From: Candidatus Kerfeldbacteria bacterium
GTDB taxonomy: Bacteria; Patescibacteriota; Patescibacteriia; SBBC01; CAIJZX01
DNA length: 64,000 bases
Assembly: GCA_016193315.1 (NCBI GenBank)
Contig: JACPSJ010000004.1
Span: 1,708 to 65,707, forward strand
Reading direction: 5' to 3'
In this document: positions 1 to 10,489 of the stretch, in pieces
How positions within the stretch are numbered: position 1 is the first letter of the stretch
How the letters are laid out: every line of letters begins with the position of its first letter
Program-made: the position numbers and the translations under genes
The notes under the pieces: model-generated
What the model saw: the letters and a program-made list of their open reading frames with translations, nothing else
Told to the model about the DNA's origin: nothing
Databases searched by the model: none

Positions 1-3000
1 GATGGATTGCTGGAAAAGTCGTTATTGACTTGAATCGCCCCGCCGGCGGTGTAAGTATACCCGCCGCTGATGGTCGGGCTGAAAGTAAGATTGTAGTAGC
101 CATTCGTGCCGCCGGTACCGGTCAGCGACGTAATCGTCGTGTTGAACCCGCCGGTGCCGATGTATTCAACTGTGCCAGTCGAATAGGTGAAGGTTCCGCT
201 GACGGTGAAGACTGTACTATTCCCGGTCAGCGTCAGCGTGTTGGCACCATTTGCATCCAGTTCATGCGAGAGCGCGACCGTGACGGCGGTCGCTGAGACG
301 GACGAACCGAGCCGGATTTCCGGACTGGCAGAACCGCCACTGATTGAAATCCTGCCGAGGTCTTGTTTCGTCGTCGGGTTATTATCGGTCCACGTTTTGA
401 ATCCACTCGTGCTCCAAGTAATCGTATTGCTCCCATTTGTATAGGTCATCTGGTTCGAACAGGTCGCCGCGCAAACCGTGACGTTGCCTTTGAGCGTCAT
501 GGTGGGATTGTTCGTGCTGGCCGTGATGACAGTTGAAGCCGCGTTGCTATTCCCGCCAAGGTTCAAATCGCCATCAACCGCGATGGTCTGGCTGGCGGCG
601 GTGCCGAGGGTGTGCGTCACGGACGCCCCGCCCGGGTAGACATTCAAATTGTAATATGTGATGTCACCGGCAATGTTGGTGGCGCCGTTGCCGGTGTAGG
701 TAATGGTTCCATTCTGGTGGGTGTAGGTGCCGGTTTCCACCAATGGGGTGCCGGTCCCGCTGAGCGTATACGTTTCGCCGCCGGCGTTGAGGACGTGGCT
801 GGCGGTAATCGTCATGACGCCAGTGACGGTGATGTTACCAGCGCCGTTGCTGCCGGTGGTCGTTTCCGCCGTGCCGTTGCCGAAGGTCAGGCCGGAAAAA
901 GTCCAATTCGAGGACGAACCGCCCCAGTTACCGGTGCCGCGAAGTGTAAACGTCCCGCCGGTCAGGTTAATCATGCCGTTGCCCGTCGCGTCTCCACCCA
1001 GGACATCGATATTGGCGGTCCCTGACAGCGTGCCAGCAGTCATAGTCAAATCGACGTCAATGGTCGTGGCGTCCGCAAACGACCAGCCGCCACCGGTACC
1101 GTTATACGTGACGTTGTCAAAATTCTCGCCGCCATCGGTGACGGTATGACCGGTGGCGGTGGCCGTAAACGTCGTGGTTTGTGGATTCGTCTTGTTGAAC
1201 GTTCCCTCGTTGTTGAAATCGCCGCCGACGGAAAGGGCATTCGTAGCCATCGTTAGCACGCCAGTACCGTCGATGTGAATATCGCCGTCCTTGACCGTAT
1301 CGGTGCCGTCGTTGGAAACGTCGGTCGTCACCGTCCCGCCAGGAGTAAACGTGTCACCGGTCCAAACATGAAGCTCAATGCCGTCATCAACGACCAAGGT
1401 GTCGGGCGCGGCATCTTCGGCGTCGTAAAGCATGTTCGGAGCGTCCTGGTCGTTGTCGTAATCGTCCATATTGACGATCGCCAGCGGCCCGGCATTTTCA
1501 TGTCTGGCGGTCAGCGTATTGACGTAGAGGTCAATGCCGGCGTCATTGGTGGCGTCGCTGGTGTAGACTACGTTGCCTTTCTGCGAAGTCGTCAGATAGA
1601 GATAGACGGAGCTGCCCGATTCAACGTAGGTGTTAATCGAGAAAGTGGCGTCCGCGCCGGAACACGATCCGGTGTCGGTCGTCAACAGCGTCCCGGCGTC
1701 GTAGACTTTGATCGTCAGCTCGCTGGCGCCGTTGCACGGTCCCCCGTTGCCGACGGTCCCGGCGGTGGATTCATCGGATTTGAAGACCGTGCCGGCGACC
1801 GAGATCGGACAGCCAGTCTTAACCCAATTCGCCCCGACGTTGCTGAAGGTGCTGCTGTAGGTGGTGATCGTCGGCGTCGAGGTCATGTCGGTGACGTTTA
1901 GGTCATTGAGCGTGTACGTCCCCGCCCCCAACCAGTTTCGTTGCGTGCCGCCGACGGTCGAGGTAATGGCGATCTCGTCAGCTTCGCTGCAGGCCGTGGT
2001 GGTGCCCTGCAGCACGGCGGTCCCGGCATTATCGAACGTGCCGCCGAGGATGATGTCGCCGGTCGAAGTGTTGCTCCATTTGCCGGGCGAGGCGCCGCCT
2101 TCGATCACCACCGCGGCTGAACCTTGGGCGCGCACGTTAAGGGTTCCCTGGATCAGCTCGCCATCGGCGATGGTCAGCGTGTTGGTCACCCGGATGCCGT
2201 TCGTATCGAGGGTCAGGTTATCGTTCGCGTCGGACGCGTCGCTTTTATCAATCTTGAGGTTGTAGAAATTCTGGGTCGTACAGGTGGAAACATTGGTACA
2301 CCCCGAATCGAGTGTGACTGATGTGGCCCCATCAAACGTCACCGTTCCGGTTCCTTCGTTCAGTGTCCCGAGATTGGTCCAAGCCCCAGAAACGGCAAAG
2401 GATTGTGTTGATGAAGCAGTCAATGTATTGTTTGTTTCGATGGTTACATCGACGGCATCGATCGGATGGTCATTTGACGTGTCGTTATCAAGAACGACGA
2501 GTGCGGTCGTACCGTCACCGATTGACAGGATGCTGTCAACCTTGATGGTTGAACCGGTACCGGCATTCATTGAAATTGTCTTGGTGGTGGCCGCGACTGA
2601 ATTCGAAAAATTGAGATCGCTAAAAGTCCAGGTATTCGTGCCGGAACTGGCGCCGAAATTTTGATTGGCGGAGACTCGTTGTTGGAATGACCCGCCAGTC
2701 ATGGTAATAGTTCCGGCGCCGGTCACGTTTCCCTTGGCCGTGACATTATTTGATCCGTTGAGCGTGCCCGTAACGGTCAGGGTATTGTTGACCGTCAGCG
2801 CTGAAGCCACGGTCGTCGTCCCGCTTGATTGCGTCAGGGCATAGACCGTGGTCAGTGCGCCCCCGCCAAGGTTTCCTGTCCCTGACATGGTCAGCGTACC
2901 AGTTCCGGCATCAGTCGTGATTGAACCCGTGCCCGTCGACGTAAACGCACCGCCGTTGACCGTCGCCGTTGCGTTGACTTTGTACGTCGCACCGGTCGAG

Positions 3001-6000
3001 ACCGCGATGTCGCCGGTAACGGTGATGGTCTGGCCCTGGGTGAAGGTTCCGCCGGTAACCGCCACGTCGCCTTGGATCGAAGCGGTGTCGCCGAGTGACA
3101 CCGTGCCGCCGGAAACGGTAAAGCTAGAGAGACTGTTCCCTCCCGAGGTCAGCGTTTTTGAGGTGCCATTCATCACCAGCGTGGCGGCCGCGACGTAATA
3201 GACGCGCAGTTCGGGATCGTTGGCCGAATCGACTGAGGCAAAGCTGCCCGGGTCGTTGGCGGCGCCGTTGTGCCGCACGCCAAAGGCGATGATGTCGTCG
3301 CCGTCGGGCAGGGACGCCTCAACGTTGGCGTCGGCGGTTGTGCCAAGATCGTACAATTTCCAGCCGGTGGTCGTGTGATCGGTGACCGTCAGCAGGGTTG
3401 AGTTTTCCGCCAGCTTTTCGTACAGACTGCTGCCGGCCGAGGTGCAGGAGATGGTGTCAGGCGAATCGCTATTGACCGTGAACAAATCAAGGCTGTTCGC
3501 AGTCGTCGCAATCACGTTTAATCTCAGCTCGGTGTTCACCACTTTGGCCGTATTGGGGACGGTCGTCAGACTGAATTTCATCGCGTCCCGATAGTATTTG
3601 TCGTCGCTCGGGCCGCAACTTCCGAGTTCTACTGAAGTCAGTAAAGTGGCATCCGTCCCCGCCTCACAACTATACGTGGTGCCAATGATCTCGCACAGGC
3701 CGTCCAGGTCGACGGTTCGAACGGCGGTGATATCCCAGCTCGGCGTGAGGGTTTTGACCCCCTCGGCGTAGATACCGCTGGTCAGATCGACATTGCCGCT
3801 GACCGTCCAGCTATTCGTGCCGGCCAGGATAATTTCGTCACCTGCCGCGCCGCCAGTGAAATCCAGGTCGCCGGTGATGCTGACCGTTGGGTCGTTGGTA
3901 TCAGCATCAACGGTCAAGTCGCCGGTGTTGGCCGCGTTGAGCGTGAAATTGGAAGAGAAGCTGGGTGATCCGGCGTTGCCGGCGACCGTTCGGTCCGAAG
4001 TTGAGTTGCTGTAGACCTCGACCGTGCCGCCGTAGGGCGCGCCGGAGGTCCGGGTCCCGATGGTCTGGTCGTTGTTGGTGGCGTCGAAGCGCATGTTGGC
4101 GGTCAACACGCCGCTGGTCGGGAAGGCGGTTGCCGACTGGTAGACAAATAGACCCGAACCGGAATGCGCGATGGTGCCGTTCAGCGTTAGCGTCGCGCCG
4201 CTATGCGTTAGTGTGACGGATGCGAGGGTAATCACATCACTAGTATCAACATTCAGGGTTCCGGTCACGGTCGGATTGTTGGTTTGGATCGTGAAGCCCC
4301 CGGACCCATCCGAACCGGCAAAGGTGACGTTGGAAAAACTCGAGCTACCGGATTCAACCGTGTTGCCGCTGTCGGGCGCGTCAAACGTCAATGTTCCGGC
4401 GCCGGCCGTAAACAGATCATTGTTGTCCCAGTTCCCGCCGACGGTGATGTTGTTGCCGTTGGCGTCAAACGTGCCGTCCGTAATCGTGACATTATCATTC
4501 GCATCGAAGGCCGTGGTCAGCTGGAAAGTTACTTCCTGGGCGCCATCGTTGAAGATCACGCCATAAAAATCCGGGGCGGCCAGCCCGCGGGCGTCGATGG
4601 TCTTGGTGCCGGCGGCCGTGGCGTCGAAGGTGACGGTGCTGGTGCTGATCGTGAACGTATCGTCATTGTCCCAGTTCCCGCCGACGTTCAGATTATTGCC
4701 GTTGGCGTCGAGGGTGCCGCCGGTGATGGTGACGTTATTGTTGGCGTCAAAGGCGGTGGTCAGTTGGAAGGTGGCGGTTCCGCCGGCATCATTGAAGGTC
4801 ACGGCGTAGAAGTCCGGGGCGGCCAACCCGCGGGCATCAATCGTTTTGGTGCCGGAGGCGGCGTCGAAGGTGACGGTCGAGGTGCCGATGGTAAACGTCC
4901 CGTCGTTATCCCAGTTGCCGGCCAGATCGATGTTGTAGTTCGACCCGGTCACGTCGAGGGTCGCGCCGCTGGCGATCGTCAGGTTTCCTTCCAGGCCGTT
5001 GGTGCCGGTCATGTTGGCCGTCAGGTTATACGTTTCGCTACCAGCTAATTCCAGGCTGGCATAGGTCGTACCGCCGCTGTCCGAGGCCACGCTGATTGCG
5101 CCTCCGCTGTTCGTAGCGGAGTACTTAACTGTTGAACTCGTATTCGGCGTCAACGTGCCGGTGATCGTCAGGACGGTCGCCGTCGCGCCGGCGTTGGCCA
5201 GGGTGAGGGTGTAGCCGCTGTTGGCGAGATCAAGCGTGTCGCCGGTTTGGATATCCGCCGTATCCACGGTCATCGACGAAGCCAAGGTGACTTTGTCGTT
5301 GGCGCCGACGCCGCTGGTTTTATTGAAGACGACGGCGCCGATATTTTGCGGCGTCGAGGTTGAATCCGTGTACGTCGCGGCCGTCGTGCCGTCGAACGTC
5401 CAGGTGCCGGTGCCTTTGGTTACAAACGCGCTGGCGCCGATGGTCACGTCGCCGGCGGTGTTGACGGTCGGGTTGCCGGAATTGAGGATCAAATCGCCGT
5501 TGGTGATGTTGAAATTCCCGTCAACATTCAGGGCACCGGCACCGGCGATAGTGACATTGTCATCTGAGCCATCGGTGCCAGTGTTGTTCAGGGTGACATG
5601 GTAAAAGGCTGAGGTTCCGGTATTGAACGTTTGCGGGTCGCTGCCGTTGAAGGTCAGGGTGCTCGTGCTTGAGGTAAATGTCCCATCGTCGACAAAGTTA
5701 CCCGCCACGTAAATAAAGTTGTTATCCGTGGTAAAGGTCGAGGTATCAAATTTCAGATGGTGGGTGGTGACATCGGCGCCACCGCCAGAGCCAGGCCGGT
5801 ACGTATCTCCGTACATGATGTACAGCTGCTCGGTCTTGTTCGCCTCTTGGTCGACGGTCAGGTCGTTCGTGGCCACGCCGTAAATAACATCCTCATCGTT
5901 GGTATTGGTGTAGTCGTCGAGATCGGTATTGGCGATAGTTTGATCGCTGTTGTCGCTGTCGACACCAGTCCCAATGACCAGTTGCGATTGGTACAGTTGG

Positions 6001-9000
6001 ACAACGTCAACATTCCCCCCATCCCCGTCGTACTTCGTGACTGTCGTGGCTTCTTCGCTCTCGGTCGCCTCGCCGTTGATGAAGAAAATCATGGTCGCGC
6101 CGCTCGACGGCTTGTTGATCGTAAACGACCAAGCGCCGTCGACATCGGCGGCACTGGCGCTTTGGGGCACCCCATTGACCGCGACTTTGATTTCGTTCGC
6201 GCCATCGTCGGTGCAGGCTGTGATTTCGGTTTCGTCGGTGAAGCAACCGCCGCTGACCGTGATCGTCAGCACGGTCGTCAAACTCGGGTAGGTGCAGGTC
6301 GCGGTCGCGCAGTCATTGCTGCCGTCGTTATCCTGTTCTCGAAGCACGGCGCCATTTTGGTCGATATCGAACATGCGGAAATAGTAGGTCGTCCCTTGCG
6401 CGGCCGAGTTGGCTTCAACCGAAAATTCCAGCTCCCGCAGCTGGAGAGCGCTTTGATCCATGTTGCCGCAGTTGGCCGGGCAGGCGGCGTCTTTATCAAG
6501 CGTCCACCAACCGGCGGTCGGGCTGCCGCTCAGCGTGGTGCCGGCCAGTGCCGTATTATCATTGCAGACCGAACTGCCGCCGTTACAGTCGACGTACCGC
6601 CAGATCCCGCCGCCGGTCGGATCGTCAACGTCGGTCCAAGTGGCCGAGGTGGAATCGGGATCGTTGGTCGTGTATTGCAGCTTCTTGCGGGCGTCGGTCT
6701 GCCCCTCGCCGGAAAGCTCGGCCACCGAGAAGCGGAGTCGGAATTTCCCGGCCGCGTAGTCGAAGTCGGTCGGCACGGTGTTCTCGTTCGCCAGTTGAGT
6801 CGTCGGCGTGTCGGTCGTGTCCGCGCCGTCGAAGAATTTCCAGTTCCGCGACCAGGCCGAATACGGAATGTACTCGAAGGTGGCCGGGCGTGAATTATAG
6901 ATCGTGTTGTCGCCGGCGGCGCCGGAAATGTCCGTTTCCAAAGCGCAAGCGGCCGTGCTCTCCCAGGCCGACCCGCTCCAGTGCTGGGCCATCAAGTTGC
7001 GGTCGATGTCCGCCACCAGCAGCATGAGGTCGTCGCTGTTCGGCGAACGGAAGATGCGGTTGAACAGGGCGTCGTCGCCGGTACAGGTGGCCATGGTCGT
7101 GTCGATTGACGAGAAGGTGCAGCCGGTGCCGTTGCAGGTGGCGGTCTGATACTCCGGATCGGGCGCGCCGGCCGCGTTCTGCGCCGCCCACATGGCGACG
7201 GAATCGCCGCCGGCGTTGAATGTTTCCCAGATAACGTCGGTGTACTCCGGGCCGACCTCCTGGTTTTCCAGCGTGGCGTCTTCGTTGCCCATCGTCCAGC
7301 CGGCGGTCGAGCCGTCCGCCTTCCAAATCCCGAAGTTGCCGTCATTGAGGCTGTCGTTCGAGGCCCAGGCGATGCGATTTGATTTCGGATCGCGGGCCAG
7401 ATTCACTCCCTGCACGACCCCGTCTCCTCCGACCAGGGCCGGGCCGGTTTGCTCGCCGCCCCACGAGCCGGTGTAGAGTTGATACTTCGTTGACCCGGCG
7501 GACGTCGTGCCCCAGGCCACCAGCGCGTTCCCCGAATTGGTTTCCCAGGCCACGTCGAACACGCTGCCCTTCTCCAAGCCGAGCGTCGATGCATTCGTGG
7601 TCGAGGTAATGTTGGTGACCGTCCCCCAGGCCGAGCCGGACCAGATGGCGGCATCGACTTCGTGCGTGCCGGAGACGTCGACCGAAACGCCCAACAAAAT
7701 TTCATTCGAGTTCGGCTTCGCCTTCAACGAAACGAACGTCGGCCGGCCGTTCGAGGACAGCGTGATGTCGTTCGAACCGGTGGTGGCCGCGCAGTTGGAA
7801 ACCGGCCCCCAGTTCGCGCCGTCCCAATAGCAATAGAACAGCTTCTGGTTGTCGACGACCGTGCCGGCGTCCTGGCTGTCGGCGGAATAAACGACCATCG
7901 CCCGACCGGCCAGCGATTCGTAGTCGAGGTCGAAGGTCCGGGTGCAGTCGGCTTCGGTCCCGGAACAGGTCATGGCCGGATTGGCGTTAACGACGTTCCA
8001 GGCGGCGGCGAAATCCCCGGCCGCGTCCGAACCGTTCGTGCCGCGAACAGCGTCGAGCCGACCGTCTTCCTTAAGGTGAGCGATGATGATCTCGTCCCTG
8101 GTCGGCGCCGCCTTGGCCACGATGAAGGCGATGCGGCTGGACGATGACGTGGCGCTGCCAACGATCTCACCGCCGAAACTGAAGGTTGAGGTCAGAACCT
8201 GGGCATTGACTTGGCCAAGGCTCGTCACGTCGCCGTATAGCAGGCGACCATTGTTAGCGACCGCGTCCGACGCCAACTGCCACTGCCGCGGTTCCTGGTA
8301 GAGCGAGGCGGCCGTGAAGCTGCCGCCGATGCGCAACGGCCCGGTGCGAAACAGGGCCGGCGACACGTCCGGCGCATCGAACGTGTAGGACAGAAAGTAG
8401 GTTTCTCCTTTCGACCATTTCACTTCCCACTCGACCAGCTGGGACCGGCGGTCGTCAGGGGAGGCGCGGGTTTGCCCCTCCGGCAGCAATTTGCTGATGG
8501 CGAAATCGCGGGGCACGGTTTCTTGCACGGTGCCGATGTAGTCGCGGCGCGGCGTGACCGCAATCCGGACCGAGTAGTCGGCGACCGGGTAAATCCGAGT
8601 CGGATAGGTGGCGCGGTGGACATCGAAGGGAACGGCTTCCTCGACCGTAAAATTATCTTCCAGTACCCGCCGCCCAAAATCCGTGTCGGCTTCGAGACGC
8701 AGGTGGTAGACGCCCTGACGCTCGACCTTGAACATGGCGGCGTAGTCTGGCTTGTAGGTCACGCCTTTATCGACGCAGTCCGGATTCTTGGAAATAGTAT
8801 CGTCCGAGGTGCGGTACCGTTTCATCCGGCCGTCAGGGTCGGTGACCGCTAGGGTCAGATCGGCGTTGCAGATGGTGCGACCGTCGTCATCGAGAACGGC
8901 CATCGCCGCTACCTGTTCCTGGCCGAGCTGCGGCGTGGCCCGGGTGACGTTGAGGGCCACCACCCCCCACAGGAACTCTTTCTCGATCGTGGCCTCGGCC

Positions 9001-10286
9001 CCGTCGCTACGGACCATGGTCACTCGCAGGCGGTATTTGCCGGCGTGGAGCGAACCCATGTCGAGGTAGAGCGTCGAATCAAGGTCGTCTCCAGCCGGCG
9101 TATCCACCGCCCGGTAGGATACTGTCTGCTCCCGACCGCTGGCGTCAATCAACCGCAACCGTTCCAGCTCCCATCGCTCTTCGCCGGTGCGAAAAAAGAG
9201 GAAGCGGTTGACTTTCCGTTTCGGCACGGTCATCACCGGCTGCTCAACCGATCGGTACAATCGCTTCGACAAGGCCACCAGCCTCTCCAACCTCTGTTTC
9301 GCTTCCCGTTCTTCGGGCGTCAGCGCGGCTGAGGGCCGGCTGACTTCGGCTTCGATGCGCATGCCATCGAGGTGAATAACCGTCGGCGGAAGGCGAGGCG
9401 CAAATTCTAGGCGCAGCCGAAAGCGAGCCTGCCGGAGATCCTCGACGCGGCGAATGTCCGGCAGGTTGACCCGCCAATACTCGGCCGGGGGATCGTTCGC
9501 GGCCCGGGCCGCCAGGAGTTGCCACGGTCCGCCATTCAGGCTGGATTCCAGAATCACTGAATCGGTGCTGTCAGCCGCGCCGCTGCTGGTCAACGATAGT
9601 TCAGCGGTCGCGCCTGATACCTGCTCCTGGCCGCTGAGACCAGGGGCCAGAAACCGGCGACATAGCACATCTGGATTTGGTGTCTCCAGGCTCCCAGTCA
9701 GAATGCCAGTGCCCTGTCCAAGCGAGCCCTGCAAGAACAACCGGTCGCTACGGATGATGGCTGAGTTTTGGGGATTGAACGAACTGCGGCTACTGCCTGG
9801 ATTCAAATCAATGACTATGGCCCTCGACTCACCGACCCAGCCATGGCAGGATTCTGGGAGAAACGTCAGCTTGGATGGATCGCTACCGGCTTTGGCAATG
9901 GCCACCACCGACAGCCCGAACACCCCAACCACGATCGTGGTCAACGCCACCCCCCAAGCGCGACGGAAAACGGCACGCATCGGGCGCGCCCGATCGGGAG
10001 AGTTCCGGGGTTGCTGCCAGTGCGCTCGCACTGCCAACCGCTCGTAGCGGCGATCGCGCCGCGGGCCGATCCGCACCGCACGCAAGATCCCCCGCCGGTC
10101 CCAATCGCGGAGTGTGTTCGGGTGAACGCCAAGCAGTCTGGCCGTCAGGCGGAGACCAAGCAACCCGGGTAAATGCTCCCAGTCGGGTGGGGATGATTCC
10201 TGACCGGGCGGCAAACTCGTCTCCTCTAATGCCGAGAAGAGCCAGCGCGGTCGAGCTTTGGCTAATCGTTTTTGTGTTTTTCTCAT
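1..10286 (-). CDS. giant surface/secreted repeat protein, partial (3' end beyond window start; >3,428 codons). N-terminal excisionase/MerR-type HTH, then one TM helix, then huge beta-rich repeat ectodomain.
   Basis: Minus-strand ATG is the reverse complement of 10284-10286. I hand-translated the first ~300 codons (MRKTQKRLAKARPRWLFSALEE...LGLRLTARLLGVHPNTLRDWDRRGILRAVRIGPRRDRRYERLAV...MRAVFRRAWGVALTTIVVGVFGLSVVAIAKAGSDPSK...) and the last ~20 codons at the window edge; both read cleanly. None of the listed ORFs on either strand across 1-10,286 falls in this frame, consistent with one stop-free reading frame. All other-frame ORFs here are short, low-complexity antisense artefacts. An alternative internal start (ATG at 9980) would give a signal-peptide-like N-terminus. 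Confidence 0.6.
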   Translation of the reverse strand, partial: MRKTQKRLAKARPRWLFSALEETSLPPGQESSPPDWEHLPGLLGLRLTARLLGVHPNTLRDWDRRGILRAVRIGPRRDRRYERLAVRAHWQQPRNSPDRARPMRAVFRRAWGVALTTIVVGVFGLSVVAIAKAGSDPSKLTFLPESCHGWVGESRAIVIDLNPGSSRSSFNPQNSAIIRSDRLFLQGSLGQGTGILTGSLETPNPDVLCRRFLAPGLSGQEQVSGATAELSLTSSGAADSTDSVILESSLNGGPWQLLAARAANDPPAEYWRVNLPDIRRVEDLRQARFRLRLEFAPRLPPTVIHLDGMRIEAEVSRPSAALTPEEREAKQRLERLVALSKRLYRSVEQPVMTVPKRKVNRFLFFRTGEERWELERLRLIDASGREQTVSYRAVDTPAGDDLDSTLYLDMGSLHAGKYRLRVTMVRSDGAEATIEKEFLWGVVALNVTRATPQLGQEQVAAMAVLDDDGRTICNADLTLAVTDPDGRMKRYRTSDDTISKNPDCVDKGVTYKPDYAAMFKVERQGVYHLRLEADTDFGRRVLEDNFTVEEAVPFDVHRATYPTRIYPVADYSVRIAVTPRRDYIGTVQETVPRDFAISKLLPEGQTRASPDDRRSQLVEWEVKWSKGETYFLSYTFDAPDVSPALFRTGPLRIGGSFTAASLYQEPRQWQLASDAVANNGRLLYGDVTSLGQVNAQVLTSTFSFGGEIVGSATSSSSRIAFIVAKAAPTRDEIIIAHLKEDGRLDAVRGTNGSDAAGDFAAAWNVVNANPAMTCSGTEADCTRTFDLDYESLAGRAMVVYSADSQDAGTVVDNQKLFYCYWDGANWGPVSNCAATTGSNDITLSSNGRPTFVSLKAKPNSNEILLGVSVDVSGTHEVDAAIWSGSAWGTVTNITSTTNASTLGLEKGSVFDVAWETNSGNALVAWGTTSAGSTKYQLYTGSWGGEQTGPALVGGDGVVQGVNLARDPKSNRIAWASNDSLNDGNFGIWKADGSTAGWTMGNEDATLENQEVGPEYTDVIWETFNAGGDSVAMWAAQNAAGAPDPEYQTATCNGTGCTFSSIDTTMATCTGDDALFNRIFRSPNSDDLMLLVADIDRNLMAQHWSGSAWESTAACALETDISGAAGDNTIYNSRPATFEYIPYSAWSRNWKFFDGADTTDTPTTQLANENTVPTDFDYAAGKFRLRFSVAELSGEGQTDARKKLQYTTNDPDSTSATWTDVDDPTGGGIWRYVDCNGGSSVCNDNTALAGTTLSGSPTAGWWTLDKDAACPANCGNMDQSALQLRELEFSVEANSAAQGTTYYFRMFDIDQNGAVLREQDNDGSNDCATATCTYPSLTTVLTITVSGGCFTDETEITACTDDGANEIKVAVNGVPQSASAADVDGAWSFTINKPSSGATMIFFINGEATESEEATTVTKYDGDGGNVDVVQLYQSQLVIGTGVDSDNSDQTIANTDLDDYTNTNDEDVIYGVATNDLTVDQEANKTEQLYIMYGDTYRPGSGGGADVTTHHLKFDTSTFTTDNNFIYVAGNFVDDGTFTSSTSTLTFNGSDPQTFNTGTSAFYHVTLNNTGTDGSDDNVTIAGAGALNVDGNFNITNGDLILNSGNPTVNTAGDVTIGASAFVTKGTGTWTFDGTTAATYTDSTSTPQNIGAVVFNKTSGVGANDKVTLASSMTVDTADIQTGDTLDLANSGYTLTLANAGATATVLTITGTLTPNTSSTVKYSATNSGGAISVASDSGGTTYASLELAGSETYNLTANMTGTNGLEGNLTIASGATLDVTGSNYNIDLAGNWDNDGTFTIGTSTVTFDAASGTKTIDARGLAAPDFYAVTFNDAGGTATFQLTTAFDANNNVTITGGTLDANGNNLNVGGNWDNDDTFTISTSTVTFDATAAGTKTIDARGLAAPDFYGVIFNDGAQEVTFQLTTAFDANDNVTITDGTFDANGNNITVGGNWDNNDLFTAGAGTLTFDAPDSGNTVESGSSSFSNVTFAGSDGSGGFTIQTNNPTVTGTLNVDTSDVITLASVTLTHSGATLTLNGTIAHSGSGLFVYQSATAFPTSGVLTANMRFDATNNDQTIGTRTSGAPYGGTVEVYSNSTSDRTVAGNAGSPSFSSNFTLNAANTGDLTVDADTNDPTVSITGDLDFTGGAAGDEIILAGTNSWTVSGNVDLTSGIYAEGVKTLTPSWDITAVRTVDLDGLCEIIGTTYSCEAGTDATLLTSVELGSCGPSDDKYYRDAMKFSLTTVPNTAKVVNTELRLNVIATTANSLDLFTVNSDSPDTISCTSAGSSLYEKLAENSTLLTVTDHTTTGWKLYDLGTTADANVEASLPDGDDIIAFGVRHNGAANDPGSFASVDSANDPELRVYYVAAATLVMNGTSKTLTSGGNSLSSFTVSGGTVSLGDTASIQGDVAVTGGTFTQGQTITVTGDIAVSTGATYKVNATATVNGGAFTSTGTGSITTDAGTGTLTMSGTGNLGGGALTTVYALTQSSGTTTVASALTVNNTLTVTGTLNGSNNVTAKGNVTGAGTITMTGGSFQQRVSANQNFGASSGTNTWTFSDLNFSNSVAATTKTISMNAGTGSTIKVDSILSIGDGTTALVVLDNDTSNDHPIDAVDVTIETNNTLTASSTQSFAVSGAWTNLGTLNEGTGTVTFDGATSVTLDSGCTNVSTCTTQNFYNLKIDKSDASDANDNLTLDTNGIRVTNTLTIADGELIQGTLNVRAQGSAAVVIEGGASPGKWSNTSTGDIILGGTFDNAGTAVLQGTTTACSEADEIAITSTVGGTQRNWLGAGTYTLNDLNVTDMTSTPTITTYSSTFSNVGANWVKTGCPISVAGTVFKSDESTAGTVGNGGPCNGASELTIKVYDAGTLLTTDTGSCSGADATFSINTYVESGSSVYLYLTTSQKGNVVYTSDATNDAGIDLYVNTLTARHENAGPLAIVNMDDYDNDQDAPNMLYDAEDAAPDTLVVDDGIELHVWTGDTFTPGGTVTTDVSNDGTDTVKDGDIHIDGTGVLTMATNALSVGGDFNNEGTFNKTNPQTTTFTATATGHTVTDGGENFDNVTYNGTGGGWSFADATTIDVDLTMTAGTLSGTANIDVLGGDATGNGMINLTGGTFTLRGTGNWGGSSSNWTFSGLTFGNGTAETTTGSNGAGNITVTGVMTITASHVLNAGGETYTLSGTGTPLVETGTYTHQNGTITYTGNGATNIAGDITYYNLNVYPGGASVTHTLGTAASQTIAVDGDLNLGGNSNAASTVITASTNNPTMTLKGNVTVCAATCSNQMTYTNGSNTITWSTSGFKTWTDNNPTTKQDLGRISISGGSASPEIRLGSSVSATAVTVALSHELDANGANTLTLTGNSTVFTVSGTFTYSTGTVEYIGTGGFNTTITSLTGTGGTNGYYNLTFSPTISGGYTYTAGGAIQVNNDFSSNP
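4330..5050. repeat. intragenic tandem DNA repeat, period ~240-253 bp, at least 3 copies, inside the giant gene
   Basis: Near-identical blocks recur: ccggggcggcc at 4571 and 4814; gtcccagttcccgccgacg at 4425 and 4678, with atcccagttgccggcc at 4918. On the coding (minus) strand these give an ~80-aa unit with ...TFDANGNN-ITVGGNWDN... beta-helix-like motifs. Confidence 0.7.
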
Positions 10287-10489
10287 CTAAAGACTTATTG
10301 CATTGTACCACAAAATATCGATTTGGTCAAATCGAATTGAAACCTGATTCTTGGCTAACCTCAAACGAGCGGTGGGCTCAAGTTACCAATGGCTACGAAT
10401 GAGAAGTCGTGTACTCGCTGCCGAGTTCATGCGTCGCCCAACCGCGGCCCAGATCTTGCCAGGTCGAGCCGGGACGGACAAAACATTCA

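Noticed and set aside
30-10172. Dozens of listed + strand and off-frame ORFs across the first 10 kb (e.g. 5757..6893, 378 aa; 4284..5048; 1275..1901)
   Set aside because: All are low-complexity G/R/A/V-rich translations, overlap one another, and lie antisense or out of frame to the single stop-free minus-strand frame. They are artefacts of GC-rich repeat DNA.
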